52,287 nucleotides of DNA from IMG/VR virus record IMGVR_UViG_3300025000_000023; one strand, written 5' to 3'. Positions 25,306 to 33,853 of this stretch are shown one piece after another. The translations under genes were made by a program, and so were the position numbers. The notes under the pieces were generated by a model that worked only from the letters and a program-made list of their open reading frames with translations, was not told the DNA's origin and ran no database searches. Each line of letters starts with the position of its first letter. Within the stretch, counting starts at the first letter, position 1. Origin of the DNA: a virus.

Positions 25306-25637
25306 TATAAACCTGCCTTGTGTTCGATGTTGATAGTGCTGATGGTGAACGTGTCACGATTCTTGCCCGTGTAGCGATATTCAACGTGTAGCGTGCCAAT
25401 AGTCGGGGTCAAGTAGTGATACTTCAATGACCAAAGGTGACGGAACATTGCTTGAATACTGGCGTTGTCCGTACGTATCTCAATCATGTTGGAATAGACT
25501 ATGAGGGTAGCACTATCATTTTGCATGATAGCGTACTGTCTGTATAGGTCAATGCTTTGGAATCGTGAAGTAAACTCCTCGATTACTTTCTGTTCAACTA
25601 GTGATTTGACCGCACTCTGTACTTGTTTCTTTGTCAT
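25305..25637 (-). CDS. Hypothetical early protein (110 aa)
   Basis: The RBS is AGAGAGGCAAGCAA-ATG. Confidence 0.65.
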   Translation of the reverse strand: MTKKQVQSAVKSLVEQKVIEEFTSRFQSIDLYRQYAIMQNDSATLIVYSNMIEIRTDNASIQAMFRHLWSLKYHYLTPTIGTLHVEYRYTGKNRDTFTISTINIEHKAGL

Positions 25638-25653
25638 TTGCTTGCCTCTCTTT

Positions 25654-25992
25654 TTATAAGTAGTAGCGATTCATATCCAAGAGGATACGATAGAATAATC
25701 CGTTACAATGTGCAATAGCTCCAGACTTGACAATCGACTTTCTTGAATAGCTGTTCCAATCAGTGAATCCGTAGGCGTGCATGAACTGTGTTACATGCTT
25801 GGAAGTAGTGGTAGAATAGTCGTAGTGTGGATACAGCGTAATTGTGTAGTCTTTACTGTCAACTACTACACATAGGCTGTTGTAGCTACGCAACGCTATA
25901 ATGCTGTTAATCCGCGTAACACCGTGCGTTGTGTGGCGTTTGTTAGTAGCTGATTGTTGTGCGCTGATGGTGCAGAATTCTTCTCTTGTCAT
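25654..25992 (-). CDS. Hypothetical early protein with STTTSKH motif (112 aa)
   Basis: GAGAGGT lies 7 nt upstream of ATG 25992. This is the first gene downstream of the tandem repeat array. Confidence 0.6.
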   Translation of the reverse strand: MTREEFCTISAQQSATNKRHTTHGVTRINSIIALRSYNSLCVVVDSKDYTITLYPHYDYSTTTSKHVTQFMHAYGFTDWNSYSRKSIVKSGAIAHCNGLFYRILLDMNRYYL

Positions 25993-26030
25993 AATAGTAC
26001 CTCTCATTGTGTGATTATTCCATTAGATGG

Positions 26031-26062
26031 AATTAGTGAATTAGTGAGTAGTGAGTTAGTGA
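26031..26062. repeat. Degenerate 7-8-bp tandem repeat (AATTAGTG x2, AGTAGTG, AGTTAGTG)
   Basis: Read directly. It abuts the 15-bp array and partly overlaps the hairpin ATTCCAT-TAG-ATGGAAT (26017-26033). Confidence 0.8.
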
Positions 26063-26199
26063 GCGAACCATTGCCGTGCGAACCATTGCCGTGCGAACCA
26101 TTGCCGTGCGAACCATTGCCGTGCGAACCATTGCCGTGCGAACCATTGCCGTGCGAACCATTGCCGTGCGAACCATTGCCGTGCGAACCATTGCCGTGC
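26063..26199. repeat. Nine perfect tandem copies of the 15-bp unit gcgaaccattgccgt, plus a partial copy
   Basis: The copies start at 26063, 26078, and so on to 26183, with no mismatch. The array lies between the stop of the 26199 gene and the start of the 25992 gene. Confidence 0.95.
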
Positions 26200-26501
26200 T
26201 AGAATTTGGTGAACTCATAAAGGAATGGACTTTTAAAATTCCATTTTCCGTCTGCCATTTCAATAACGATTGCATTGTAAAAATCCAGTTCATCACCGTC
26301 AACAACCTCGCAAGACACAGACAATCTGTTGCATCTATGCAATGTAAAACATTCTTCCCTTCCGTTGGTGTCAGTGATAAAATAATCACCATTTTTCATC
26401 TTGGTTGACAACTCTCTTGCAACAGCTTTAAGCGTGTTGCGTGCGATTCTACCGTTTGGCTTGATATCAAATATGATATCCATTTTCATTTCAGTCTGCA
26501 T
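26199..26501 (-). CDS. Hypothetical early protein (100 aa)
   Basis: The RBS is AGAGAGGTTAAAAA-ATG. The TAG stop directly abuts the tandem array. Confidence 0.65.
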   Translation of the reverse strand: MQTEMKMDIIFDIKPNGRIARNTLKAVARELSTKMKNGDYFITDTNGREECFTLHRCNRLSVSCEVVDGDELDFYNAIVIEMADGKWNFKSPFLYEFTKF

Positions 26502-26568
26502 TTTTTAACCTCTCTTTTGATTTGTTACGCCTATGGCGTGTCATGCAGATTGCATAGCTTGTACTGTG

Positions 26569-26832
26569 CTATAACCGTGTATCCATATGTGAGCAAATGT
26601 TACCATTCCATTTGCTGGATACAGATGCTATATAACTTGTACTGCCGTCCCTCACGTGCATCAATTGGAATGTATTGATTTTTCCGTTGTCTGTATCAAT
26701 ATGTGTTGTTAACATAACATCGTTCAAGCTCTTGCATAACAGCTTGTACACGCTGTAAGCACAACTTAAGTTTGTATAGTCCTCAAAATATATTGAACCG
26801 TCCATTGCTGTATATGTGATTTGATGTTTCAT
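26569..26832 (-). CDS. Hypothetical early protein (87 aa), first gene of the leftward arm
   Basis: GAGAGG lies 8 nt upstream of ATG 26832. Confidence 0.55.
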   Translation of the reverse strand: MKHQITYTAMDGSIYFEDYTNLSCAYSVYKLLCKSLNDVMLTTHIDTDNGKINTFQLMHVRDGSTSYIASVSSKWNGNICSHMDTRL

Positions 26833-27302
26833 TCTATAACCTCTCTTGTTTGTTTTTTCTATGCAATCCACACAACACGCCATTTGTTTATCGTGTTGTG
26901 TTTCTAGCTATGCATTGACACCGTTCGAAGATGTCAACAACCTTGTCTAACAGTTTGGATGCTATCATTTATCATGATTTGCATCTGTTCGCTTGTCGAT
27001 TGCCCATGCACGGTGTCAGCACACTGTAAAGTGTGGGTTGCTGTACCAGTCGTTGTCTGTCACACAACGCACGCCATTTTATCCTGATGCACTAAGGGAA
27101 ACCCTTTCATTTAACAACTGGTATTGCGTGCTACTTGCTCTATCACCTACACCGCTGTACTTGGATGGTACAGGGTCTGAGTTGACACTTTCAACACAAC
27201 ACTTTAAACAGTTGAGTTTGTTTGGTGTATCTGACCGTTTGTGTCTTCAGCCAGTTGTCGTCTCTTGCAAGTTGCGACATACACTGCATATGCATGATGG
27301 TT

Positions 27303-27322
27303 CAGACTTAAGTTTAAGTCTG
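27303..27322. repeat. 20-bp palindrome CAGACTTAA-GT-TTAAGTCTG
   Basis: Perfect 9-bp arms. The direct repeat TAAGTTTAAG (27309 and 27326) overlaps it. It lies in the divergent control region. Confidence 0.8.
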
Positions 27323-27535
27323 ATTGTAAGTTTAAGGATAATGATAATTTAATAATAATGATTTATTCATACTTAATTATTGCATTTATATAGTATCCTG
27401 TCAACTAATATTATTAATATTTTCCATGCTGGATAAAATGATGATAACAAACGTGATTTTTGGACAAAGCCCTCGTTGCCGTGCGTCAATTATTTTTTAT
27501 TTTTTATATAATATAGTATATCGTGTACTACTTAT

Positions 27536-27591
27536 ACGTGACGGGCGGCGTGCAAAGCCCACTGCAAGCTCTGTATCACGTGACGGGCGGC
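27536..27591. repeat. Two copies of the GC-rich 14-mer ACGTGACGGGCGGC, starting 42 bp apart
   Basis: The copies are at 27536-27549 and 27578-27591, next to an AT-only tract (27491-27525). Confidence 0.85.
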
Positions 27592-27885
27592 TTATGCCAC
27601 ATGTAAATTGAAGCTCACGCTATGACGTGCACCCCTCGCCACCCTCCGTGTACAGCCAGTTTGATAATTGGACACAGGCATTCTAGACCCATACAACACT
27701 CATTATCATCATCAATGCTTTGTAAAGACTGTAGTTTGGATGTATAACTACACCACCGAGCCTGAGTTAAAGCTCCAATCATTGATTTGGCATGTTGAGG
27801 AAAGGTCATGCCAGCCTTTGATGATTGTCACCGCAAAAGATAGCCATTATCACGTACATATTCCGCATCTGTGTCAGAATCGGTA

Positions 27886-27914
27886 TTGACTTATGCATGC
27901 TTGTGTCGTACACT
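27886..27914 (+). promoter_or_regulatory. Sigma70-like promoter TTGACT-N17-TACACT upstream of the packaging genes
   Basis: The -35 is at 27886-27891 and the -10 at 27909-27914, followed by a GAGGTGG RBS and ATG 27935. Confidence 0.5.
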
Positions 27915-27934
27915 GTAGATGAGGTGGAATACCC

Positions 27935-28291
27935 ATGCGAGACCTAGCCGAGACCCGACAAATCATAATCAACACATACCAGAGGACACACGATTATGAG
28001 ATGTCCCTTCGGATTGTCGGCATTAATGACAAATCGGAGCGTATGATAATTGAATCGGACGGTTTGTTTTGGGCAACGATAACTCGAATCGAGGCTGAGT
28101 TCTGTGCATCCTTCACTGAGACACTGCAAGAGTTGATGTATCACGGAAAGAACGAGAATGTCAGACTTCAGGCGGCTGTCAAGTTGGGAGAGATTTGGCA
28201 TCGTGACAAGTTCAGCGCACAGAAGAAGGATGAGGACGAGCACACTGTCAACCTGCAGCTCTATCTGCCCGATAACGGACGGAGCAAGTGA
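27935..28291 (+). CDS. Small terminase subunit candidate (by position)
   Basis: 118-aa ORF immediately upstream of the large terminase gene. No motif recognised. Confidence 0.4.
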   Translation: MRDLAETRQIIINTYQRTHDYEMSLRIVGINDKSERMIIESDGLFWATITRIEAEFCASFTETLQELMYHGKNENVRLQAAVKLGEIWHRDKFSAQKKDEDEHTVNLQLYLPDNGRSK

Positions 28292-28445
28292 GCTTGATAA
28301 TTGTCGTGCGTTGCCCGTTTTGTGGGTGGCGTGGGATGTTGGTAGGACGTGAAGGGCTGTAACGGTAGTGAAGATTCATCCACCATGGTGTGGAAGGAGT
28401 TCGTGGGACGCTAAGGCGCACCATGCTGAGGATGGAGCGTGACGT

Positions 28446-29897
28446 ATGCCGCAGAGGATAGCAGATGTAGAGCAGAGCATGGCAAAGGTGAAGAGCATAA
28501 AGCCGAACCCTGGGCCACAAGAGCAGTTCTTGGCTACTGAAGCTGATATTGCGGTGTTCGGTGGAGCCGCTGGTGGCGGAAAAAGCTGGGCGTTGCTCAT
28601 GGAATCATTGAGGTATGTCGGGGTGCGTGGATATGAGTGCGCGATATTCAGACGGGAAGCCACACAGATAACCTCCGGTGGTGGACTGTGGGACACAGCG
28701 CACATCCTGTATCCAGCTTTCGGTGGAGAACCGAGGACTACGCCACGGCACTTCTGGACATTTCCAGCTGGCTCGAAGATTGCGTTTGCGCACCTGCAAC
28801 ATGACAAAAGCGTGAAAGCGTGGGACGGTGCACAGCTCACATTGGTTGGATTTGATGAATTGCAACACTTCACGGAGGCACAATTCTTTTACATGCTGTC
28901 GAGGAACCGTTCAACGTGCGGCGTGCGGTCTTACATGCGTGCTACATGCAACCCCGACCCTGATTCGTTCTTGGTGAAGTTGTTGGCATGGTGGATTGAC
29001 GAGGAAGGGTATCCGATTCCTGAACGTTCTGGTGTTGTGCGTTGGTTCATAAGACAGAACGGCGAGCTTATTTGGTTTGATTCGTATGACGAGTGCTATG
29101 CACTGTATCATAAGGAGATAGACTCAGGTGATGCAAGTCCTAAGAGCTTTACGTTCATTCGTTCAACGCTGGAGGATAATCCTGCTCTGATGGAGCTTGA
29201 CAAAGGCTACAAGGGCAACTTGAATTCGATGTTTGAATATGAACGGCTGAGATTGCTGAAAGGAAACTGGTTTGCACGACCGCAAGCTGGCGAGATGTTC
29301 AAGACTGGATATTGGAAATACATTGACCGTGAGGACGTGCCGCGCATTGACAAGATGAAGGGCATTGTGCGTTATTGGGATAGGGCTGGAACATTGCCGA
29401 GCGACAAGAATCCCGACCCTGACTGGACTGCTGGTTGCTACATGATGCTGAGTCCCGATGATAAGTTGTACATATACGACATGCGGCATGCGAGATTGGA
29501 GCCACATGATGTGGAAATGCTTGTGAAGGACACTGCGGAGCAGGACACACGTGAAGTTCCTATCTGGCTCGAACGTGACCCTGGGCAAGCTGGCAAGGCT
29601 GAAGTTGCTTATTACATCAGGAATCTAATGGGGTACGACCTGCACCAACGTCAGAAAAGGACGTCAAAGTTGTCTTATTGGAGGCCGTTTGCATCACAGG
29701 TGAAGGCTGGCAATGTGTATTTGGTCAGAGCACCGTGGAATAGAACATTTGTTGATGAGCTGGCGTCTGTGACCGATGGTTCACAAACAACACATGATGA
29801 CCAAGCTGATGCCGCATCGGGAGCTTTCATGGTTTTGGCAAAGATGATGAAAGATGACATCAGTGATAGCAAGGCAACGAAGAACATGGGGGTATGA
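28446..29897 (+). CDS. terL: Terminase large subunit
   Basis: Walker A FGGAAGGGKSW and Walker B LVGFDELQ are present, with a C-terminal nuclease-like region containing conserved Asp residues. The product is 483 aa. Confidence 0.9.
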   Translation: MPQRIADVEQSMAKVKSIKPNPGPQEQFLATEADIAVFGGAAGGGKSWALLMESLRYVGVRGYECAIFRREATQITSGGGLWDTAHILYPAFGGEPRTTPRHFWTFPAGSKIAFAHLQHDKSVKAWDGAQLTLVGFDELQHFTEAQFFYMLSRNRSTCGVRSYMRATCNPDPDSFLVKLLAWWIDEEGYPIPERSGVVRWFIRQNGELIWFDSYDECYALYHKEIDSGDASPKSFTFIRSTLEDNPALMELDKGYKGNLNSMFEYERLRLLKGNWFARPQAGEMFKTGYWKYIDREDVPRIDKMKGIVRYWDRAGTLPSDKNPDPDWTAGCYMMLSPDDKLYIYDMRHARLEPHDVEMLVKDTAEQDTREVPIWLERDPGQAGKAEVAYYIRNLMGYDLHQRQKRTSKLSYWRPFASQVKAGNVYLVRAPWNRTFVDELASVTDGSQTTHDDQADAASGAFMVLAKMMKDDISDSKATKNMGV

Positions 29898-29898
29898 C

Positions 29899-30183
29899 GT
29901 GAAAAAGAAGGAACGCCGAGCGTTGAAAGAGCGAGTGTACAAACAGGAATTGGTGAGATTGGAAGGTGAAATGCAGGCACAGGCCGATTATCATGCGAAA
30001 TTGCGTGAGTATGTGAACGTGCATGGCTCAGACAGCCTCCCTATGGAGCATAAAAGGAACGTGAAAGCGGCTTTTGAGTCGATTCCATGGGAAAAAGACC
30101 CTGTTGCGTGTGCTAAAATAGAGAAAACGGCGAAGATTGCAACGAAAAACGTTCTTAAACGAGGAATTATACAATGGGCATAA
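29899..30183 (+). CDS. Hypothetical protein (GTG start)
   Basis: GTG 29899 lies just after the terminase stop and GGGGG lies 6 nt upstream. Confidence 0.45.
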   Translation: MKKKERRALKERVYKQELVRLEGEMQAQADYHAKLREYVNVHGSDSLPMEHKRNVKAAFESIPWEKDPVACAKIEKTAKIATKNVLKRGIIQWA

Positions 30184-31736
30184 AGAGCAGGGCGAGAGCG
30201 TGGCTACGGTCAGTACTCAGCGACAGGTTGAACGATGAATTGTTCGATTTGTCTGCGCGTCCACGTGCATTTGTCATGAATACCCGTCAAAATGGCAGTA
30301 CTCCTGTGCTTGACACGGCGAATCCCGCTGTCATTGACCATGCCCTTGTGCGTGGATTGTACCGAAACACACTGAATCAATACGCTTTGGCTGGACAATT
30401 GGTGAAGCCGATAATCGACTCGAACGTGTCGTTCATCGGTGTTCCCACGTTGCGCTCCACCAATGCGAAGACAATGCAAGCAATTGACGGTTTCAAGAGC
30501 ACTCTTCCATGGCAATCCGTGCATCGGATAGCGGAAAGAGAAGGCACGGCGTACGTCTGGCCTCAAGTGCAACCGAATGGGGAGCTAAAACTAGTCGTTT
30601 TGCGCCCTGAGATTGTCAAAACCATCTGCATTGACCCATTGACAAAAGAAGTAAGTGCTTATATACTAGAAGATAAGTTCACCTATAAAGACACGCTTGA
30701 TAATACAAAAAACATCACAATCACCACAGTCATCGATGCAAAACAGATGAAGCAGACCATAGTTGCCGATGAAAGTAGGCTGAACGTGACAGGTCGGACT
30801 ATCAGGAACGTGTTTGGATTCATTCCTATTGTAGCTTTTGTGAACGATGCCGAGCCTTGGGAGTCACGTGGACATAGTGAGATAGAGAACATCGAGCCGC
30901 AGTTGAAGCTATACAATGATATTTCTGTGGAAGCTGTACGTTCACAGAAGCGTGATGGACATCCCAAGATGAAAGTCACGACAAGCAACGTGCGAAAATG
31001 GGTCGAGCGCAACTATGGTGTCGGAATGTACGAGCTTCTGTTGGCAGGGCAAGCTAAATTGTCGCTGGACGATAGGGATTTATACATTTGTGAGTCCTCA
31101 GGCATTGATGGCGAGGGTGACGAAGATGTACAATATGTCGAAGCTAGTCGGACTACCGGAGAGTTCAATTCTTTATCTGAAAAGTCGTTCACAAACATCG
31201 TGGAAGGTGCACAAACACCGGAAATCATCTTTGGTGCAAACATGGGCACTTCTCTTGCTTCAGTTCGTGAACAGCGTCCTGCTTATATAAAGAAGATTGA
31301 AAAGAAACAGCTTCAATATGAAGCAAGTTGGAGAAAAGTAATCAACGTAGCACTCCAAGTCAAGGGTGTTGCTTCATTTGAAGAGTATGATTTCGATGAC
31401 TTCAACATGGTTTGGCCGACTCCTGATTTCTCATCGGAGAAAGAGAAGGCTGACACGGTGAACGTCATGTCTACCTCGCTGGTTAAGATGAAGTCAGCGA
31501 ACATGATGGGTGACAAAGCGATACATAATACGTTGAAACAGCTTGGTATTTTGCAGGTTCAGCAGGATTACAAGGAGTACGCGAAGGACGTTGAAGATAC
31601 CGCAAAGCTCATGAAAGAACGCAACCCTGATAAGATTGCAGAACAGGACAACAAGATGAATCAGCGTGTGGCAGACGGTGAGTATGACAACACCGTGCCG
31701 AACAAGGATAAAAGCGAGGAAGACGATGCCAAATAA
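30174..31736 (+). CDS. Portal protein
   Basis: A 520-aa ORF directly after terL with an acidic C-terminus; position and size fit a portal. Confidence 0.7.
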   Translation: MGIKSRARAWLRSVLSDRLNDELFDLSARPRAFVMNTRQNGSTPVLDTANPAVIDHALVRGLYRNTLNQYALAGQLVKPIIDSNVSFIGVPTLRSTNAKTMQAIDGFKSTLPWQSVHRIAEREGTAYVWPQVQPNGELKLVVLRPEIVKTICIDPLTKEVSAYILEDKFTYKDTLDNTKNITITTVIDAKQMKQTIVADESRLNVTGRTIRNVFGFIPIVAFVNDAEPWESRGHSEIENIEPQLKLYNDISVEAVRSQKRDGHPKMKVTTSNVRKWVERNYGVGMYELLLAGQAKLSLDDRDLYICESSGIDGEGDEDVQYVEASRTTGEFNSLSEKSFTNIVEGAQTPEIIFGANMGTSLASVREQRPAYIKKIEKKQLQYEASWRKVINVALQVKGVASFEEYDFDDFNMVWPTPDFSSEKEKADTVNVMSTSLVKMKSANMMGDKAIHNTLKQLGILQVQQDYKEYAKDVEDTAKLMKERNPDKIAEQDNKMNQRVADGEYDNTVPNKDKSEEDDAK

Positions 31737-32877
31737 GTTTAAGAAAGAGCTGTACAATGCACGATTCAGTACTCGTGTCATTGGTGGAGCAGGTGTTGAA
31801 GCTGAGTCGATTCCAGTTGGAAACCCAAGTGCTGTCGAGACCTTGTTCAAGGGCATGGAAGCGATTGAGTTCGTGAATGAAGTTCTTCTTGGTGAGGAGC
31901 ATCCGACTGATGATTGGTCTGGCAACATCATACTCACGGAAGAGTGGGCTCGTTCATATGCGAATGCTGTGAACAAGACGCCTGGCCTTCTGTATACGAA
32001 AGGACATGAGGATGCTGCACAGCATTGGGCGACCCGTGCCATTGCTGGTGGATATATTGTCGGTGGGAAAGTGGAGAACGGCAGGTTGCTGTTGCGTAAC
32101 CGTCTTCTTGTCAAGAAGAACGAGGCTGACAAAGAGTTTGTAGAGCAGACCATGCGTGAGATTGCGGCTGGAATGCTCTCAACGTCCACTGGTGACATTC
32201 AGAAACGCCGAATAGAGTTCGTTGAGGATGGAAAATACAAGCAGTATGCGGTCGAATCCGTGAAGAATCAGACCAATGCGCTTGTGGAGCACGACATGCA
32301 CGCATCGGATGCAAAAATCGTGAGTGCTAATTTTAGACTCGGTTACTATGACAGTAACGATAGATTTGTGGGTGTAGAGCCCAACGCCACAGATGGTGGT
32401 GGGAATCATGACAAAGGAGAAGAAACCATGGGATTCAAAGAAACTGTTGAGATTATCAAGACAGCTTTGAAAAGTGGCGAGGGAGACATGCCCACTCTGC
32501 TCAAAGAGCTTGGACTTGAAGTCGTCACGGAAGAGGTCAAGACTGCTGTTGCACGTCTCAAGGCCGCTGAAGACAAAGTTGGTGATATCAGTGCGTTCGT
32601 GTCTGGTATCACAGCGGAGCGTGAAGCAAGCTTTACCACGATTAAGTCTGCAAAGCTCAAAGAAGCTTTCACCGACAGCATTGTGCATGAAGTCGCAGAG
32701 TCTTTGTTCAGCGTAAAAGCTGGTGGAGAAAAAGAGATTACGGACGAGATTACAAGACTCAAAGGTCTTGGAGTCATCAAGAACATCCAGACCGACCTTG
32801 CCTCACGAGTTGGCTATGTGCCGAGTGGTGACGAGAGCGCGGCTGGTACTAAGAACACTGGTGTCGTGGAGGCTTAA
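31726..32877 (+). CDS. Prohead protease-like N-terminal domain fused to a scaffold-like coiled-coil C-terminus (candidate)
   Basis: ATG 31726 overlaps the portal stop. GHED...GGKVENGRLLL...IAAGMLSTSTG loosely resembles HK97-type S78 protease blocks. The C-terminal half is helical and A/E/K-rich. Confidence 0.45.
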   Translation: MPNKFKKELYNARFSTRVIGGAGVEAESIPVGNPSAVETLFKGMEAIEFVNEVLLGEEHPTDDWSGNIILTEEWARSYANAVNKTPGLLYTKGHEDAAQHWATRAIAGGYIVGGKVENGRLLLRNRLLVKKNEADKEFVEQTMREIAAGMLSTSTGDIQKRRIEFVEDGKYKQYAVESVKNQTNALVEHDMHASDAKIVSANFRLGYYDSNDRFVGVEPNATDGGGNHDKGEETMGFKETVEIIKTALKSGEGDMPTLLKELGLEVVTEEVKTAVARLKAAEDKVGDISAFVSGITAEREASFTTIKSAKLKEAFTDSIVHEVAESLFSVKAGGEKEITDEITRLKGLGVIKNIQTDLASRVGYVPSGDESAAGTKNTGVVEA

Positions 32878-32879
32878 TT

Positions 32880-33842
32880 ATGGCTATGACAGCTTACGAA
32901 GAGAACTACAATTTTCACGAAGAGACCTTGCAGGACGTATTGCAAGAAGTCACCAATAACACTACGAGAGCCTTGCTTCACAACGAACTGGTGTATCTCA
33001 GTGGCTACTTTGGTGAAGTGTGCGAGCCTGTAAGCATTGGTGCTGGCTTGAAAGGCTACATCAATATCAATCACAACCGCACAATCCGTACCGAACAGGT
33101 CGGAACTGGTGCACTGCTCAGTGGCGACTTCGCTGTTGGTGGCACGGTGTACGTCATTCCTCAGGTCAATGGAAGCGAAGCGTTGCTGGTCAATCAGAAT
33201 GCAATTGCACATCCTGCGAAGCCTGTCGGTATCTGCGTGGCGTTCGCCGCTGACAACTCTTGGGTGACATTCCGTCCGTTCGTGCAGACTGCCGATTTGG
33301 GACTTATTCGTGACATCGATGGAATCATCTCTGATATCACCGATGCAATCGACCTGCTCAATGACGCTGTGACTGAGACCGGTTCTGTGTTGCAGATGAT
33401 TGAGGATGAAGCAGAAGAGGCTACGTTCACTCCCGCCGTTGGAAGTGGAATCACTGCTGTCACGCTGAAGAACGCAATCAATGAAGTCGGAACCGATGTG
33501 GAGCTCATCAAGACTAAGCACTTCCTGATGGTCGAGCTTGCTGTGGCCGCTGATGCTTCCGGTGCTGGACTTGCATTCACTAATGCGACCACTGGTCTTG
33601 CCCTTGGTGACAAGATTGTGGATGTTCATGTGATTTGTGATGCTTCCAATGGTGCTGGAACACTGAAGCTGAAGCACACTGGTGGAGCTGACATCACTGC
33701 GGCTCTTGCGTGTACTACTGTGGATGTGCTTGCTCGTGCGGCTCTCATCACTGATGGCGTGTTGACTGCAAATGGGCTGACAATCATTGCGAACGGTGCG
33801 GCTGACCGTGGCCGTATGTATCTGACCTATATCAAGGCATAA
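32880..33842 (+). CDS. Head decoration / head fibre-like protein (candidate)
   Basis: It lies between the scaffold-like and capsid genes and has Gly/Ala/Val-rich beta-type composition. It shares the AVTLKNAINEV motif with the tail fibre. Confidence 0.4.
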   Translation: MAMTAYEENYNFHEETLQDVLQEVTNNTTRALLHNELVYLSGYFGEVCEPVSIGAGLKGYININHNRTIRTEQVGTGALLSGDFAVGGTVYVIPQVNGSEALLVNQNAIAHPAKPVGICVAFAADNSWVTFRPFVQTADLGLIRDIDGIISDITDAIDLLNDAVTETGSVLQMIEDEAEEATFTPAVGSGITAVTLKNAINEVGTDVELIKTKHFLMVELAVAADASGAGLAFTNATTGLALGDKIVDVHVICDASNGAGTLKLKHTGGADITAALACTTVDVLARAALITDGVLTANGLTIIANGAADRGRMYLTYIKA

Positions 33843-33853
33843 GGAGAATGACC

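Noticed and set aside
26063-26199. The tandem 15-bp array as a CRISPR array.
   Set aside because: The repeats are directly adjacent with no spacers, the unit is too short, and there are no cas genes.
25954-26408. Track ORFs encoding PLPCE, TAMVR and IAVRT peptide repeats (25954-26202 +, 26033-26392 -, 26076-26408 +).
   Set aside because: All three frames are open only because the repeat unit is a multiple of three. These ORFs overlap the well-supported 26199-26501 gene and lack RBSs.
26993-27352. A 119-aa + strand ORF in the divergent control region.
   Set aside because: It has a TTG start and no RBS, its composition is odd, and it runs through the palindrome and the AT-rich tract. It is more likely regulatory DNA.
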